Part shown: piece by piece, positions 25,532-27,798 of the stretch
Position numbering within the stretch: the stretch's first letter is position 1
Layout: each line of letters begins with the position of its first letter
NCBI GenBank assembly: GCA_964652335.1
Contig: CAZZDL010000008.1
Coordinates: 3,646-31,443 of the forward strand
DNA: 27,798 bases
Reading direction: 5' to 3'
From: Candidatus Micrarchaeota archaeon
GTDB lineage: Archaea; B1Sed10-29; WALL01; WAMD01
Translations under genes and position numbers: made by a program
The notes under the pieces: model-generated
The model's input: only the letters and a program-made list of their open reading frames with translations
Told to the model about the DNA's origin: nothing
The model's database searches: none

Positions 25532-26478
25532 TGGAGTTAAGAAAGGATTATCTTATGGATAGATATTCAGTTGTCTCAAGTGCTAGAGCATATAGGCCAA
25601 AACAAGGAGGCAGTCAATCATGGGAAAGAGAAGATCCATCCAAGTGCCCGTTCTGCCCCGGGAATGAAAAGATAACACCGAAAGAGACGGCGAGAATCGG
25701 TGGTAAAAAATGGATCGCTAGATCATTTAGAAACAAATATCCATTGTTCTCTCCAAATGCAAAACTGAAAAACAAGACAAACGGATTAATGAAGAAATCC
25801 TCAGCCAAAGGGTATCATGAAGTAATAATTGATGTGAGGGATCACTATCTAGAGCTAGAGGACTTACCAAAAACAGTGATAACAAAAGTGTTTTCATTTG
25901 CATTTTCCAGATGGAAAGCAATATCTAGAAAAAGAGGCGTGAAGTATTCCTTGCTAGTAAAGAATAGGGGTCCTGCAAGCGGTGCATCAATAATGCATTC
26001 ACACATGCAGCTCATGGGCATGCCAATTGTACCTAGGCTCGTAAGAGAGGAACTAAACATAGCAGAGGACTTCTATATCAACCACGGTTATTCAATATTT
26101 GACAAGATAATTGAACTTGAAAGAGGAGGACCAAGATTTGTATATGAAAACCCTGGAGTAATTGCATTTGTGCCCTTTGCACCAAGGGCTAATCATTCTG
26201 TATGGCTAGTGTCAAAAAAAGAAACACCAAGACCTGGGTACCTAGCAGACGCCTTCAAAAGAGTCATGCTAGCCATGAGGGACTATCTAGGTAATTTTTC
26301 GTACAACTTCTTTGTCCATTATCCTCCCACTAAAGAGGAAGAACCATTCTACAGATGGCATATGGAAATCATGCCAAGGACAGAGATATACGCTGGGCTA
26401 GAGCTAGGGTCTGGGGAAATAGCAGTTGTATGTCCACCAGAAAAATCTGCGAGAGAGATAAGGGGGAGGATCCCGTGA
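25528..26478 (+). CDS. galT: GalT-family (HIT) sugar-1-phosphate nucleotidyltransferase
   Basis: RAYRP, CPFCPGNE, NKYP, GYHEVII, GASIMHSHMQ (HxHxQ) and WHMEIMPR. Substrate not determinable. Confidence 0.85.
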   Translation: MMELRKDYLMDRYSVVSSARAYRPKQGGSQSWEREDPSKCPFCPGNEKITPKETARIGGKKWIARSFRNKYPLFSPNAKLKNKTNGLMKKSSAKGYHEVIIDVRDHYLELEDLPKTVITKVFSFAFSRWKAISRKRGVKYSLLVKNRGPASGASIMHSHMQLMGMPIVPRLVREELNIAEDFYINHGYSIFDKIIELERGGPRFVYENPGVIAFVPFAPRANHSVWLVSKKETPRPGYLADAFKRVMLAMRDYLGNFSYNFFVHYPPTKEEEPFYRWHMEIMPRTEIYAGLELGSGEIAVVCPPEKSAREIRGRIP

Positions 26479-26822
26479 ACATAGTATCCCTAGCCACTGC
26501 ATTTATAATAAGGATTGCAAGCTTTTACATAGGATTCAAAAGGTCAGGTTGGATAGCAGTGAAAGGAAATGTCTTAATGATTGTTGCATTCTTCTCCCTT
26601 GTCTTGGGTGTGTTAATGCCTGCGGAGAGCTTTGACATAATGGGAGTATTTGTTAGAATGCTTGTGGTGGCTGCAATAATAATGGTTTTCATGAATGAGG
26701 ATATAACAGATGCAATAAGCATAACAATAACAGCTGCGATAGTTCAAATAATCATGACTTTCTTGCTGAGCATATTTGCGCCTTTCCTTGTTGAGGGATT
26801 AAGCCCGTTTTCAGTTCCATGA
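26475..26822 (+). CDS. Small integral membrane protein (~4 TM)
   Basis: GTG at 26475 overlaps the galT stop (GTGA) with GGAGG upstream; hydrophobic throughout. Confidence 0.75.
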   Translation: MNIVSLATAFIIRIASFYIGFKRSGWIAVKGNVLMIVAFFSLVLGVLMPAESFDIMGVFVRMLVVAAIIMVFMNEDITDAISITITAAIVQIIMTFLLSIFAPFLVEGLSPFSVP

Positions 26823-26825
26823 TAT

Positions 26826-27491
26826 CTATTTCTCAATCAGCCTTGCTTTGTCTACCTTCAAATATCCCCTCCCCTTGTCCCAGATAATTTCATAATCATC
26901 AATAACTATTTTTTTGTGAAATATTGGTCCGTCCAGAACAAGGGTTTCAAACTCTCCACCCTCCCCCACAGGAGATATGGACTTACCTATATTATTCAAA
27001 AACTCATCAAGCTTTTTACCTATCAATTCCTTGCCGAGCCCTTCTGCTGAAACTCCAGCTATTACAACGTCAAATCCTGCTCTGATTACGTCTTTCACCA
27101 ATCTAGCCTGATCCTTGTGCCACAGCGGATTAAAGTTCTTCAGGCCAGCGTTATACGCAACCCTTTCAAGTCTAGTCCTCTGGTATTCAGATGCCACTGC
27201 TCCAGAAAGGACACCGATGACATTATACTCTTTCTTCGCATTGGCTAGCGCCTTCTCCAAATCATCTAACTCTTTCTCCTTTTCCCCTAGTGTTTTAATG
27301 TACACTTGCCTAATTCCCATTGCCTCTGCTTGTAATTTGGTTAGCCACACATTTGGATAATGAAACATCCATGATTCATCTGATTTGGGTTCAACGCTAA
27401 TCATGCAGGGAATCTCCCAGCCTTGGTTCAACGCCCAGTACATAGCATATATAGAATCCTTTCCTCCAGAAACCAACGCGACAACCCTCAT
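26826..27491 (-). CDS. dph6: Diphthine--ammonia ligase
   Basis: ALVSGGKDS PP-loop, SWMFH, GAVASEYQ, PLW and GEGGEFETLV. Start reassigned to ATG 27491. Confidence 0.93.
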   Translation of the reverse strand: MRVVALVSGGKDSIYAMYWALNQGWEIPCMISVEPKSDESWMFHYPNVWLTKLQAEAMGIRQVYIKTLGEKEKELDDLEKALANAKKEYNVIGVLSGAVASEYQRTRLERVAYNAGLKNFNPLWHKDQARLVKDVIRAGFDVVIAGVSAEGLGKELIGKKLDEFLNNIGKSISPVGEGGEFETLVLDGPIFHKKIVIDDYEIIWDKGRGYLKVDKARLIEK

Positions 27492-27522
27492 GCTTTTATT
27501 TTGTCCAATGGATAATTTAATC

Positions 27523-27798
27523 ATGGAAGTTCACACATTGATAAGAAAGATAGTAGAGTACAAATGGCATGGTGAAGGAGACTACGAAGAGCTGAAAAAG
27601 GAGATAAACACAATTGAAGATGAAGAGACTAGAGACAGGCTGACCTACTATCTAGATGAAGCTAAGGAGTTCATGGAGAGAAATGCAATTGAAAGAGATG
27701 TGGAAAAGGAAATGCTAGAAGAATGGCTTCTGAATGCAAAACCAGTAAAGGCAAAGGTAAAGAACGGAAAATACGTGTTTGATTTGTCGGAAGAATAA
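27523..27798 (+). CDS. Small acidic hypothetical protein
   Basis: MEVHTLIRKIVEYKW.. to TAA at 27796-27798. The track's upstream extension overlaps dph6. Confidence 0.65.
   Translation: MEVHTLIRKIVEYKWHGEGDYEELKKEINTIEDEETRDRLTYYLDEAKEFMERNAIERDVEKEMLEEWLLNAKPVKAKVKNGKYVFDLSEE

Overview
Archaeal chromosomal segment, judged from a group II chaperonin, archaeal-type SAM synthetase, deoxyhypusine synthase, Dph6, FBP aldolase/phosphatase, BRE/TATA promoters and GGAGG/GAGGTG ribosome-binding sites. The compact layout would fit a small-genome, DPANN-like lineage, but that is inference. Most of the window is housekeeping and carbon metabolism: thermosome, valS, mat, dys, acs, cupin PGI, gapN-tpiA, fbp-galT-like and dph6. 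The window also begins with the N-terminal part of a glycosylated Ig-repeat surface protein. Two accessory inserts stand out. (1) 15778-18122 is an A-rich three-gene cassette bounded by an exact 16-bp direct repeat. It encodes a basic helical+vWA (TROVE/Ro-like) protein, an ARPP-like protein with a possible AUU start, and a small Hsp20/AbrB-like protein. In front of the first gene is a GC-rich ~60-nt long hairpin that begins at the predicted transcription start and can refold to bury the start codon. This is my best candidate for an undescribed RNA-protein system. (2) 5818-7158 is an AAA_14/DUF4143 ATPase gene bracketed by two identical 58-bp palindromic elements. A third orphan GC-rich, three-hairpin element with its own promoter lies at 3349-3428. 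I saw no CRISPR array, tRNA, rRNA, integrase or transposase. All family assignments come from motif recognition by eye, not from database searches.
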